A DNA stretch of 31,010 nt. Source: a virus. Its lineage: Duplodnaviria; Caudoviricetes. Under the pieces are notes generated by a model, which had not been told where the DNA came from, searched no databases, and saw only the letters and a program-made list of their open reading frames with translations. Made by a program: the position numbers and the translations under genes. The stretch's first letter is position 1. Each line of letters starts with the position of its first letter. Shown piece by piece: positions 16,934 through 25,270 of this stretch. The stretch covers positions 1-31,010 of IMG/VR virus record IMGVR_UViG_3300020044_003052; one strand, 5' to 3'.

Positions 16934-19885
16934 TTAGCCTCCGATGCTCACTTCAAGGGTCAATCCCACCAGGGTCAGCGGGAGCGGGTCGGCCTGTCTG
17001 ATGTAGACCTGTCCGCCCGCCCCCCACGACGGCGTCATAACGACCAACAGCTCATCCGACTTGAGCGATGGCGGACTTCCGTACGGTTCAGTAGTGCGCT
17101 GCTTGTATTCGACAAGGTGATCTGCGTCCGGGCCAACAAAGATGCCCGATGACTTGAAGACTCGCAGCCACGCCTTGTTGACGTTCTTGGTCCGGCCCTG
17201 ACCGAAACCATCCACGTTCAGCGTCATGGGCAAAGTTTGCAGGTCGCTCTCATACGGCAGACCCACAATGATCTTGGTTGCCGCCCGCTGAAGCGAGATC
17301 GAACCGCTCGTTACCACCTGCTGCGGCATGACCGCACCATCGGCTAGGATGCTGACAGTCTTGCCTTCAAGATGCGACAAACCGCCAAGGTCCTTGCGAG
17401 CAAACGACCAGTTCGTAGTTGCCGTGTTGCGAAGTGCAACTGGAATGAGTTTGTCAACTCGCGCAGTTGCCACCGTAGTAGATGACGTTGCAATGATGGT
17501 CAGTCGATACTTGACGCCATTTGCGTCGGTCAAGACAATGGCATCGCCAACATCGGTGGTTCCGGGCCACACAAACAGGCTTGAAGATGCGGTGATCGTT
17601 AGCACCTCGGTGGAATCCCATGCCGTGCCGCCAGACACCGTGACCGTTTCGCTTGTAGTGTTAGTACCGTTGTACGTCAATGCGCTGTCAACAAAGATGC
17701 AATCGTCAAGCGCATCAACTTGGCGAGATGCAAGGCGTTCAACGTAACGCTTGGTGCTGCCATTGATGGTGCGCTTGACTACCACGTACACGCGGTCTTC
17801 ATCGCCTTCTGCCACCGCAGTGCAACTCTCAAACGTGCCATCGGTTTCGTGCCAGTGCCATGCGCCGAGTTGCTGCTCCGGCACGTATGTCAGACCCAGC
17901 ATGTACCCGCTGCTTGAAATGAACCACAGAATCGGCTGCGGACTCTTGGCGTAGCACATGTCCGACAGTTCTAGGTTGTCAAACAAGTGCGTAGACCGTA
18001 GCGACAGGTCGCCAGTAATGAAACCCTGGGACTGCCACGAATATCCAAGTTCTCGCACATGACCGCCGCGCTCAGCGCAATACACCACCACGTTGTTAAC
18101 AATCTCTGGCTGCACGTTGTTTGCGCCGATGTAAGACTGCGGACGCACCGAAATCGTGCTGGGCGTAATGACATCGCTGTTGATTGGGCTGACGCGAAGC
18201 TCCGAGCTGTTGGTAAGCATCAGCATTTGCGTCAATGGCACAATGTGCCGAATGGTCGATGCCTCGCGGACAGCCACTTCAACCTTGATGCGGTCATCGT
18301 CCTGAGTCGGGATCGAATACGACATGTCGTTTTCGGTCGGCGAACGCGTCATCCACAACGTTTGCGGTTCGTTGGTCGTGCCAGCAAACGCCTTGCGCTG
18401 CTCAAAGTACGACACGGCTCCAGGGTAATTCCCGGCGCTGCTGAACACCGTGTCGTAGATCGACGGCGTGATTGACAGGTCAGGGGCAATGTTGTCATCG
18501 ACAAACGATGTTGAACTGGTTTGCCCGATGTAACCGTACAGCCCATTCTGGCGCTTGTAGACGTTGTATCGAAGCACGCCCGAAACAGCGGTCCAGCTGA
18601 TTGTGTTGTACGCTCCCTGGACGTTCAGGTTGTTTGTCACGCTGACTACGGCACTCTGCACGCTTTCCTGCTGGTGGTCGGGATTCAACGCGGTGACAAC
18701 GTAGTAATTCGTGATGTCCGCCGCAGGCGTCATTGCCTGCACAAGACCACCGCTTGTGTACGCAGTAAAGGTATGCGTATCGACAAACGTACCCGTTTGG
18801 TAATACACCAATTTCATTGTTGACGCACTTGGGAACGTATCAATGATGTAATACTGGTCATTGACTTGCGTCATTCCAACTACGCCCGTAATGTAGATGG
18901 AATCACCCTCTGCAAGTTGTTTGTTCTTTGCGTCATTTGACAAGGTAAATACACCTTGTGCGCCAAGAGCAGATATCGTAATGTTGGTGATATTGACGCC
19001 CGTGCCGCGATTTGCTGTGACAGCCACCCCAGTAGGCGTAGCAACTGTTGCGCCAAACGAAATGACACCAAGTTGCCAATTCGTTGCACCGTAACGTTGA
19101 AGGTTACGCGGTGCGTAATTGGGATGAACTAAGGTCATGACATCCGCAGATTGAACGTAATGGATGTCAAAAAGATCCGCCTCCGCATATGGCGTGGGAA
19201 TCTCATAGAAGCCCGATGGCATGGGATACCAATACGTTGCGTTTGGCGGTGCATTGCCAACGCTGCTAGCAATGCAGTAATAGTTTACGCCGCCACTTGA
19301 GACAAGACCGCCAACCGAATACACCTGGTTGGTAGTGATCGTTCCACTGCCAGTAGTGGTGATGTCAATTGCAGATCCAGTTGCGGTCAAAGACAGCTGA
19401 TAGGTGTTTGCCGCAGCATTGATAACGTAATACGTTGTAGCCGCCACGAGCGGTGCGGGCAACGTGGTTGTAGCCGACACCTGCACTGGCGTTCCGTTTG
19501 CGTATCCGTGCGCGTTGCTAGTAAATGTTTCCGTACCCGTATTGACAGCACTAATTGTCTTTGTCGTGCTATATGCAGATGGCGTTCCCGGTGTCAGCGT
19601 AGCCGCATTGGTGTGGAAACGCATGTAATACTCGCCCAACTCAAGCACCATGGTCTGCGTGGTGCTGTAGGCGAACGGAATTAGACGAGTCTTCTTTGTG
19701 CTGTCCTTGACTTCCTTGACAAACTCCGTACCAGGCCGATTGTCGGCTGCTCCTTGCGGCATGGCAATGAAGTTCTTCATGCGAGCAAGGCCCGTCTGAA
19801 ACTTCGTATCGTCAATGCGACCGAACATGTCCGGGGAAATCTCGCCGCCGGCAAAGGAACGGTAGTAGGTACGGGTGTTTGGCAT
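16934..19885 (-). CDS. Tail tubular protein B / nozzle
   Basis: SFAGGEISPDMFGRID, RPGTEFV, RLIPF, QSADVMTLVHP, YPGAVSYFEQR, AWHWHETDG and QADPLPLTLVGL. Confidence 0.85.
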   Translation of the reverse strand: MPNTRTYYRSFAGGEISPDMFGRIDDTKFQTGLARMKNFIAMPQGAADNRPGTEFVKEVKDSTKKTRLIPFAYSTTQTMVLELGEYYMRFHTNAATLTPGTPSAYSTTKTISAVNTGTETFTSNAHGYANGTPVQVSATTTLPAPLVAATTYYVINAAANTYQLSLTATGSAIDITTTGSGTITTNQVYSVGGLVSSGGVNYYCIASSVGNAPPNATYWYPMPSGFYEIPTPYAEADLFDIHYVQSADVMTLVHPNYAPRNLQRYGATNWQLGVISFGATVATPTGVAVTANRGTGVNITNITISALGAQGVFTLSNDAKNKQLAEGDSIYITGVVGMTQVNDQYYIIDTFPSASTMKLVYYQTGTFVDTHTFTAYTSGGLVQAMTPAADITNYYVVTALNPDHQQESVQSAVVSVTNNLNVQGAYNTISWTAVSGVLRYNVYKRQNGLYGYIGQTSSTSFVDDNIAPDLSITPSIYDTVFSSAGNYPGAVSYFEQRKAFAGTTNEPQTLWMTRSPTENDMSYSIPTQDDDRIKVEVAVREASTIRHIVPLTQMLMLTNSSELRVSPINSDVITPSTISVRPQSYIGANNVQPEIVNNVVVYCAERGGHVRELGYSWQSQGFITGDLSLRSTHLFDNLELSDMCYAKSPQPILWFISSSGYMLGLTYVPEQQLGAWHWHETDGTFESCTAVAEGDEDRVYVVVKRTINGSTKRYVERLASRQVDALDDCIFVDSALTYNGTNTTSETVTVSGGTAWDSTEVLTITASSSLFVWPGTTDVGDAIVLTDANGVKYRLTIIATSSTTVATARVDKLIPVALRNTATTNWSFARKDLGGLSHLEGKTVSILADGAVMPQQVVTSGSISLQRAATKIIVGLPYESDLQTLPMTLNVDGFGQGRTKNVNKAWLRVFKSSGIFVGPDADHLVEYKQRTTEPYGSPPSLKSDELLVVMTPSWGAGGQVYIRQADPLPLTLVGLTLEVSIGG

Positions 19886-19888
19886 GGC

Positions 19889-20569
19889 TTACCTTCCCGA
19901 CATCCAGGGGATCACGATGTCAGGCTTGGAGTTGCGCTGGTTGGAGTCCGACGCAGTGGCCTTCTGCAAGTAGCCCATCATCATTTGCGTCATGCGCTTG
20001 GCTTCCGCCGCGCCCGCGTCACCCTTGATGATCGGTCCAGCAAGCATGGACGCCAGGTGGTACGACAGCGTCATCACGAACAGCGGCGAGAACAGCGTTG
20101 GGTCGGTGATGTGCGCCGTGTAGCGCAGGACCGCGTTCTCCTGATTGGTGTAAATGACCTGCGTCCCGTTGTCCAACGTTTCCAGCGTGTACGGCTGCGG
20201 CGCATAGCGGCCAGCAGCAATCATCGGGGAATAGTTGTGCGCAAAGTTCGGCGTGTCAGTCGGTGAGAACTTCGTCGAATAGTCATCAACCGAATCGGGC
20301 GGAAGCACCGAGATCAGGTTGTTGGCGTTGCTGGGGACGGCGTAGGCATACAGCCATTCCGGCCACGTGCTAGTCAGGGAAGCAAGCACCACGCGGCGCA
20401 TGGTGAAGTTCCAGTAGTGCATCTCAAGGAGGCTGTCCACCGCGATGGGGTAGAACCGCGAACAATGCTCGGCCTGGGCAGACCCCTCCGGCGGGTCGAT
20501 GCTTGACACGGTTGCCGTGTCGCCGAGGTGCGCCAGTGCAAGATTGCAGATTTCAACCGCTGATGGCAT
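19889..20569 (-). CDS. Tail tubular protein A / adaptor
   Basis: SAVEICNLALAHLG...LLEMHYWNF...WLYAYAVP...FSPLFVMTL. AGGAGG RBS. Confidence 0.85.
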   Translation of the reverse strand: MPSAVEICNLALAHLGDTATVSSIDPPEGSAQAEHCSRFYPIAVDSLLEMHYWNFTMRRVVLASLTSTWPEWLYAYAVPSNANNLISVLPPDSVDDYSTKFSPTDTPNFAHNYSPMIAAGRYAPQPYTLETLDNGTQVIYTNQENAVLRYTAHITDPTLFSPLFVMTLSYHLASMLAGPIIKGDAGAAEAKRMTQMMMGYLQKATASDSNQRNSKPDIVIPWMSGR

Positions 20570-20583
20570 GACCGCCTCCTAGT

Positions 20584-20621
20584 GAAATGAGGGGAGCCGT
20601 GGTTTCCCGACGGCTCCCCTC
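20584..20621 (-). terminator. Hairpin/terminator after the capsid genes
   Basis: Perfect 12-bp stem (20589-20600/20610-20621) with a GAAA-containing loop on the minus strand, followed by a weak ATTTC tail. Confidence 0.7.
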
Positions 20622-20643
20622 GTTGCGCTTCACTTCACAGGAC

Positions 20644-20856
20644 TCAAGCTCCGTCCGTGTCCTTGGTCATCTTGGGCCGACCGGGCTTGCGCTTGGTGGC
20701 TTCCATGACCGCAGTAGTGGTTTCGCTAGCCGCATCGTCCCAAGAACCGTCGATGGGTTCGACGTTGGTGTTCTTAGGGCCGTTGTAGTTGAAGACATCG
20801 CCTTCCTCTCGGAGAGCATTGTCCACGAAGCACTTCTTGAGAACTCGTACTTGCAC
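20644..20856 (-). CDS. Small hypothetical protein
   Basis: GTG start with AGGAG RBS. Contains VDNALREEGDVFNY and a KRKPGRPK tail. Confidence 0.7.
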   Translation of the reverse strand: MQVRVLKKCFVDNALREEGDVFNYNGPKNTNVEPIDGSWDDAASETTTAVMEATKRKPGRPKMTKDTDGA

Positions 20857-20874
20857 TTGTTTGCTCCTGTCTTA

Positions 20875-21408
20875 TCAAGCAACCACGAAACCGCTGCCGT
20901 AGAACTTGGTGCTGTCGTAGATATCGGTGACGATATCAGCGAACACTGCGCCACCACCGAGAGCCGTCGTGGCTCCGTTGGTGTATCGCACCTGGAGCCA
21001 ACGGTAGGTGGTGCCAAGTCCGCGCAGGCGCGGGTTGATGCGGGCCACAAAGTGACGGCCAGCCACGCCAAGGTCACCAGTGGTGGCCGTGGTGGTGAGC
21101 GTGCCGAAGGTGCCAATCACGACCGGGGTTGCCCCGGTGCCGTCCAGGTTCTCAGTGACAACGACATCAATGGCGATGCCGTTGCCAGTAGAGGTTGCCG
21201 TAGCAACGGTAAGGATGCAGAACAGGTCTTCGCCTTCACCAAGATCGCGCATCTGCGTCGTAGTCGTACCACCGCTGGTGTTGGTCGGGCTACGAAGATC
21301 AAGCGCGTTCGTGGAGTAATAAGTAGTACCGGCAGTCGTAGTGAGCGTCTGCGGAACCGCAGTTGCTGCATTGTCGCCGGACAGGCGAGTAAGTGCGTCA
21401 TTAATCAT
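20875..21408 (-). CDS. Bbp16-like capsid cement protein
   Basis: MIND...STNALDL...RDLGEGEDL...RWLQVRYT, immediately after the major capsid gene. Confidence 0.75.
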   Translation of the reverse strand: MINDALTRLSGDNAATAVPQTLTTTAGTTYYSTNALDLRSPTNTSGGTTTTQMRDLGEGEDLFCILTVATATSTGNGIAIDVVVTENLDGTGATPVVIGTFGTLTTTATTGDLGVAGRHFVARINPRLRGLGTTYRWLQVRYTNGATTALGGGAVFADIVTDIYDSTKFYGSGFVVA

Positions 21409-21439
21409 GTGAATGTGTCCTTTCTTTGCTCAACAACTA

Positions 21440-22468
21440 TTAGGTCGTGAGAGATTCGGAATTGAGGATGGCGTCCACGCGACGAAGCGGAACTCCGAGG
21501 AACGACAGCCAGCTGTACGGCATGCCGAACTGCGACAGACCTTCATTGACCTTGAGGACGTACTGGCTCTTGTCAAGCGCAGAAATCGCAAGGCCGCTGT
21601 GGACGGTGCGGTTCATGTAGAAGCAAGCGCGACCCATCGCCATGTTCGGGATGCGATACAGGGCGCGAGCCATCAGCTTGATGATGGCAGTCGATGCGCT
21701 TGCGGCCTGGGTGCCAGTCTGGCCAACCAGATCGGAAACGTCGATGTTGGAGATACGGACAACGTAACGCCAATCCTTCACGACCAGGCCGTTCTTCCAC
21801 TGGTAGCGGGTGGCATACGCCTGCAGACGGTTATCACCGCTGTAGACAGTCTGCTCGCCGAGATCCTCATGGATCAGGCCAGCCTTGCTGCCCTTGGGGA
21901 ACGGGCAATACACGGTCTGGTCACCCCACACAACCAGGTAAATGGAGGTGTTGTCGCTGCCGCTGCCGCCAGCGGGAAGCACGTTCTGGCCGTTGCCAGC
22001 CGAGCTGCCAGTGACGGAGTAACGCGGCGCAAGGCCGAGGAACTGCTTGGCATCGGTAGCCGGGTTGCCATAGAACAGCGTGGAAGCCTGCGTCTGATTC
22101 ATGGCTTCCAGGAACGCCGTGTCTTCGGACAGACGGAACTGAGCCGTGTTGCCGTTGAGCATGGCGAGGTCCTTGTCGACTTCGCTGCGAGCCTCAAGGA
22201 TGCCGCAAGCTTCATCGACCTGCGCGGTCGTGGACTTGCTGTTCGGAATGCCCTGGTTGAGCGCACGCCAGTACACGGTCGGCAGACCAGTACGGATGAC
22301 CACGCGGTCGCCCGTGGGCAGGTTGCCTTCCTTGAACACGCAATCCTCGAGGATTTCGTTGCTCTGAGACAGAAGTTCGGCAATGATCGGAACGCGACCA
22401 TCCGGGTCAGTGCGCTTCGCCCAATCGGCGAGCGTCAGGTTGCTAGTAGAGAGCTGATTAGTTGCCAT
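21440..22468 (-). CDS. Major capsid protein (BPP-1 Bbp17-like, HK97 fold)
   Basis: LTLADWAKR, ELLSQSNEILED, RTGLPTVYWRALNQG, GLVVKDWRYVVRI and FLGVPLRRVDAILNSE. Confidence 0.92.
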   Translation of the reverse strand: MATNQLSTSNLTLADWAKRTDPDGRVPIIAELLSQSNEILEDCVFKEGNLPTGDRVVIRTGLPTVYWRALNQGIPNSKSTTAQVDEACGILEARSEVDKDLAMLNGNTAQFRLSEDTAFLEAMNQTQASTLFYGNPATDAKQFLGLAPRYSVTGSSAGNGQNVLPAGGSGSDNTSIYLVVWGDQTVYCPFPKGSKAGLIHEDLGEQTVYSGDNRLQAYATRYQWKNGLVVKDWRYVVRISNIDVSDLVGQTGTQAASASTAIIKLMARALYRIPNMAMGRACFYMNRTVHSGLAISALDKSQYVLKVNEGLSQFGMPYSWLSFLGVPLRRVDAILNSESLTT

Positions 22469-22493
22469 TGTGTTGGCTCCTTATGTTGGTGGA

Positions 22494-23168
22494 TCAAGAC
22501 TGATTGGAATAGAGGGCGGCCGCTGCGCCGGCAAAGTCCATTGGCCCATTCGACTTTGCGGTCGTGGAACCCGTGGATGGCCCGACGTAGCGATCCTCAC
22601 TGATTGCCTTCCCTGCCCTGAACATAAACCGGATTACTTCCGGGTGATTGCCCAGGCCAGAGTCGTTGAGCAGCGAACGCAGTTCGGCGGTGCCGAACGT
22701 GTCAAGTGCCTTCTTCGCAACCGAAAGGTTCTCGGTGATCTTGTCGCCACCGAATTCCTTGTCGGTCTTAGAAGATTCCGCCCATTGCGAGCGGACTGCC
22801 TCAACCTGTGCTGCCTGCCGCATGCCGATCTTGTCGGACATCGCGGTAAGCATCTTCTGCGCGGCATCTTGGGTCAGGTTCAATTCCTTGGCAACCTCCG
22901 AAAACGCTTGCACGGTTTCGGCGTCGAATTGCTTGCCCTCGGGGGCCTTGAACTCGTACTTCTCCGGCGCGCCTTCCGGCTTCGCCTGCTCGGTTGCCTC
23001 CGGCTTGCCAGTATCGGCCGACTCCGCGGCTTGCTGGTCCTGGGCCTTCGGTGCTTGCTGCTGTTCCCCGTAAAGTGCCTCGGCCGTCGCCGTTGCGCTC
23101 TTCGGGGCTTCAGATGCCGGAATGCCGTTATTGTTCGTTGGGGCTTCCGTCATCGTTGGTTCGGTCAT
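22494..23168 (-). CDS. Capsid scaffolding protein
   Basis: Acidic, with APEKYEFKAPEG, GLGNHPEVIRFMFRAGKAISED and a C-terminal AAALY. Upstream of the capsid gene. Confidence 0.8.
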   Translation of the reverse strand: MTEPTMTEAPTNNNGIPASEAPKSATATAEALYGEQQQAPKAQDQQAAESADTGKPEATEQAKPEGAPEKYEFKAPEGKQFDAETVQAFSEVAKELNLTQDAAQKMLTAMSDKIGMRQAAQVEAVRSQWAESSKTDKEFGGDKITENLSVAKKALDTFGTAELRSLLNDSGLGNHPEVIRFMFRAGKAISEDRYVGPSTGSTTAKSNGPMDFAGAAAALYSNQS

Positions 23169-23472
23169 TGGTTTGCTCCTTCATCATGGTTGGGTACAAC
23201 TCTGGGCAGAGAGCGTGAACCTGTGAAAGAGTGCGAAGTCCGTAATTCCTGTTTCCCTCGGCGAAGGCCATTGCCATCGCGTTGGTGTTGAAAGACGAAC
23301 GAAACACTCCTGCCTGGTCCAGTAGCCGCCATACGACTCGGCGACCTCGCTTGCTGCTCATCAACCATCGAATGTCCGACTCCTCGCTTTCGCGCTCAAG
23401 CTTGTCGCGCATGGCACGGTTGGCCTGGATGCGCTCTTGACCGCGAATGTCGAGCGGGTCGTGTGTACTCAT
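23128..23472 (-). CDS. Bbp19-like protein
   Basis: DIRWLMSSKRGRRVVWRLL...MAFAEGNRNYGL, between portal and scaffold. Confidence 0.8.
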   Translation of the reverse strand: MSTHDPLDIRGQERIQANRAMRDKLERESEESDIRWLMSSKRGRRVVWRLLDQAGVFRSSFNTNAMAMAFAEGNRNYGLRTLSQVHALCPELYPTMMKEQTNDRTNDDGSPNEQ

Positions 23473-23478
23473 CGGGGA

Positions 23479-23511
23479 AATCTATCGACTCGTCAAATGC
23501 CTATGGGTCCC
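23479..23511 (-). promoter_or_regulatory. Putative phage late promoter GGGACCCATAG-N16-TAGATT (leaderless)
   Basis: Motif at 23501-23511 and -10 at 23479-23484, then 6 nt to ATG 23472 with no RBS. Confidence 0.75.
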
Positions 23512-23512
23512 A

Positions 23513-24832
23513 TTACTGCACGGTCACCTGATAGCCCTGCAAAGTGATGACTTCGTTTGCAGTCGCTGGCGTAGCGGTAATAGCAAACGTCAGTGCGCCC
23601 GTGTAGGCAAGGGTAAACGTCTGAATGCCACCCGTAGCAGTAGTGGTTCCATGACCCGTAGAAGCGGCTGCGCTGGTAACGACCGTATTGCCACCACGCG
23701 CCCAGGCAATCTTGTTGACGTTGACGCCAGTAATGCTGGTGTAACTGCCTGCGCCGCTATCAAACAACGCGCTTCCACCGTAGGTCATGGTCAGACGCTT
23801 GGCGTTTGCGCTTGAAGTCATGCTGAACAGCGCGTTGGCCTCAAGGTTTCCACTAGGCGTCAGGGCGTTACCTTCAATTGAGAACGATGCCAGCGTGATG
23901 GAATTGGTGGCAAGGGTAACTGCCGCGCTGCCGTACCAAAGAATGCACGTGTGCGTACCGGAACCAACAGCAGTTGCCAAAATTGGCGCACCGCCAACAG
24001 ATGCTGACAGCGTAAAGGTGTTTGCCGACAACACATTGCTGACGTAATAAGTCGTTCCGGTTGAAAATCCGGTTGGCAAAGATCCGCTAGTCGTAAGCCT
24101 AACCGGGTCGCCCACGGATCGGCCGTGGCTAGACCAAGTCACAACGGTCGGAATGACAATAGCGGTCTGCGTACCAGAACCATCGGTTGAGCAAAGAATT
24201 TCGATTCCGTTGGTTGCGCCATTCATAACAGTAAACGAGTTGGCGTCAATCACTCGGGAAACGTAATAGGTTGTGCTAGTAGCCAATCCTGTCGGCAACG
24301 AGCCTGTGGTCGCAAACTGCAACGTGTCGCCAGGAACTCGACCGTGCGCGGTCCAGTTGACCAACACTGGAGCGTTATAGGTTGGAGTAACCGTGGTCTG
24401 GCCGCTGACAAGGTTGTACGACGAGAACGTGACGGTTGCTACCGTTGACGATGACGTTGAGAACGTGGCGGTTCCCGACACATACGGAAGGTTGATCGTG
24501 ATCTTTGTTCCAGTAGTGTCGGTGTCAATCGCAGTCACCGAATAAATGCCGCTGACGCCAGCGCCGGGGCCAGTCCAGGTGACGTACACGCCAGCAGTGG
24601 TTGCAACTGCACCAGTAAGTCCGTGCGCTCCACCACCTGTCAATCGCACGTTTCCGCTATTGGAATCCCAGTTGACTCCTGGAGCAGTAAACGTCGAAGT
24701 AGGTGCAACAACGCTGACGGCGTTAAAATTGCTGTAGTTCTTTGGGACAAAACGCTGCCCAGTAACACCGACAAGCGTGTTGTTTTCGTCGTAAATAAAC
24801 TGGCTATACGGGTCACGGAGATTCAGTGGCAT
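23513..24832 (-). CDS. Thr/Ser/Gly-rich beta protein with two internal repeats, possible virion decoration
   Basis: Two W..HG...GD......GSLPTG....TTYYV....AN.FT repeats. AAAGGA RBS. Confidence 0.6.
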   Translation of the reverse strand: MPLNLRDPYSQFIYDENNTLVGVTGQRFVPKNYSNFNAVSVVAPTSTFTAPGVNWDSNSGNVRLTGGGAHGLTGAVATTAGVYVTWTGPGAGVSGIYSVTAIDTDTTGTKITINLPYVSGTATFSTSSSTVATVTFSSYNLVSGQTTVTPTYNAPVLVNWTAHGRVPGDTLQFATTGSLPTGLATSTTYYVSRVIDANSFTVMNGATNGIEILCSTDGSGTQTAIVIPTVVTWSSHGRSVGDPVRLTTSGSLPTGFSTGTTYYVSNVLSANTFTLSASVGGAPILATAVGSGTHTCILWYGSAAVTLATNSITLASFSIEGNALTPSGNLEANALFSMTSSANAKRLTMTYGGSALFDSGAGSYTSITGVNVNKIAWARGGNTVVTSAAASTGHGTTTATGGIQTFTLAYTGALTFAITATPATANEVITLQGYQVTVQ

Positions 24833-24853
24833 GTAGTGTTCCTTTGTGTTCGA

Positions 24854-25267
24854 TTAGGCAAGCCGCGTGAGCTTGTACAGGGTGCTGGAAATCAGAGTGC
24901 AGATCGTGTCGATCTCGTTCTGAATGTGACTCTCGGTGCCCATGACCATGCGGTCGGCCTCAAGGTATTCGTAGACCTTCTGCACTTCCGCCAGGGCGGT
25001 GGGCGCCATCTCAAACGCGCCGGGGCCAAACTTAAGCTTCTCGCCCGTGCAACCCATCCACGCCTCCGCAAGACCGTCAACGGCCTCGCGCAGCGGTTCG
25101 TACACGCTCAGGGCGTTGTGGGCGGCGTAGCTGCCCGGACCCTCCACCATCAGGTGGTGCATGTGAATCGCGTTCGCGCAGTGCATGAGGCGCGAGATAA
25201 AGGCCGATGCGCCGGCGGCGTCGCCCTTGGATTCGGGACCGTAAAGAAGCGTGGATGCCTTTGCCAT
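24854..25267 (-). CDS. Ferritin/Dps-like four-helix protein (DUF5856-like)
   Basis: HMHHL...SYAAHNAL..YE.L....DGLAEAWMG and QNEIDTI..LISSTLYKL. Confidence 0.65.
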   Translation of the reverse strand: MAKASTLLYGPESKGDAAGASAFISRLMHCANAIHMHHLMVEGPGSYAAHNALSVYEPLREAVDGLAEAWMGCTGEKLKFGPGAFEMAPTALAEVQKVYEYLEADRMVMGTESHIQNEIDTICTLISSTLYKLTRLA

Positions 25268-25270
25268 GTG

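Noticed and set aside
21413-23291. 396-aa and 273-aa plus-strand ORFs
   Set aside because: Antisense shadows of the capsid and scaffold genes.
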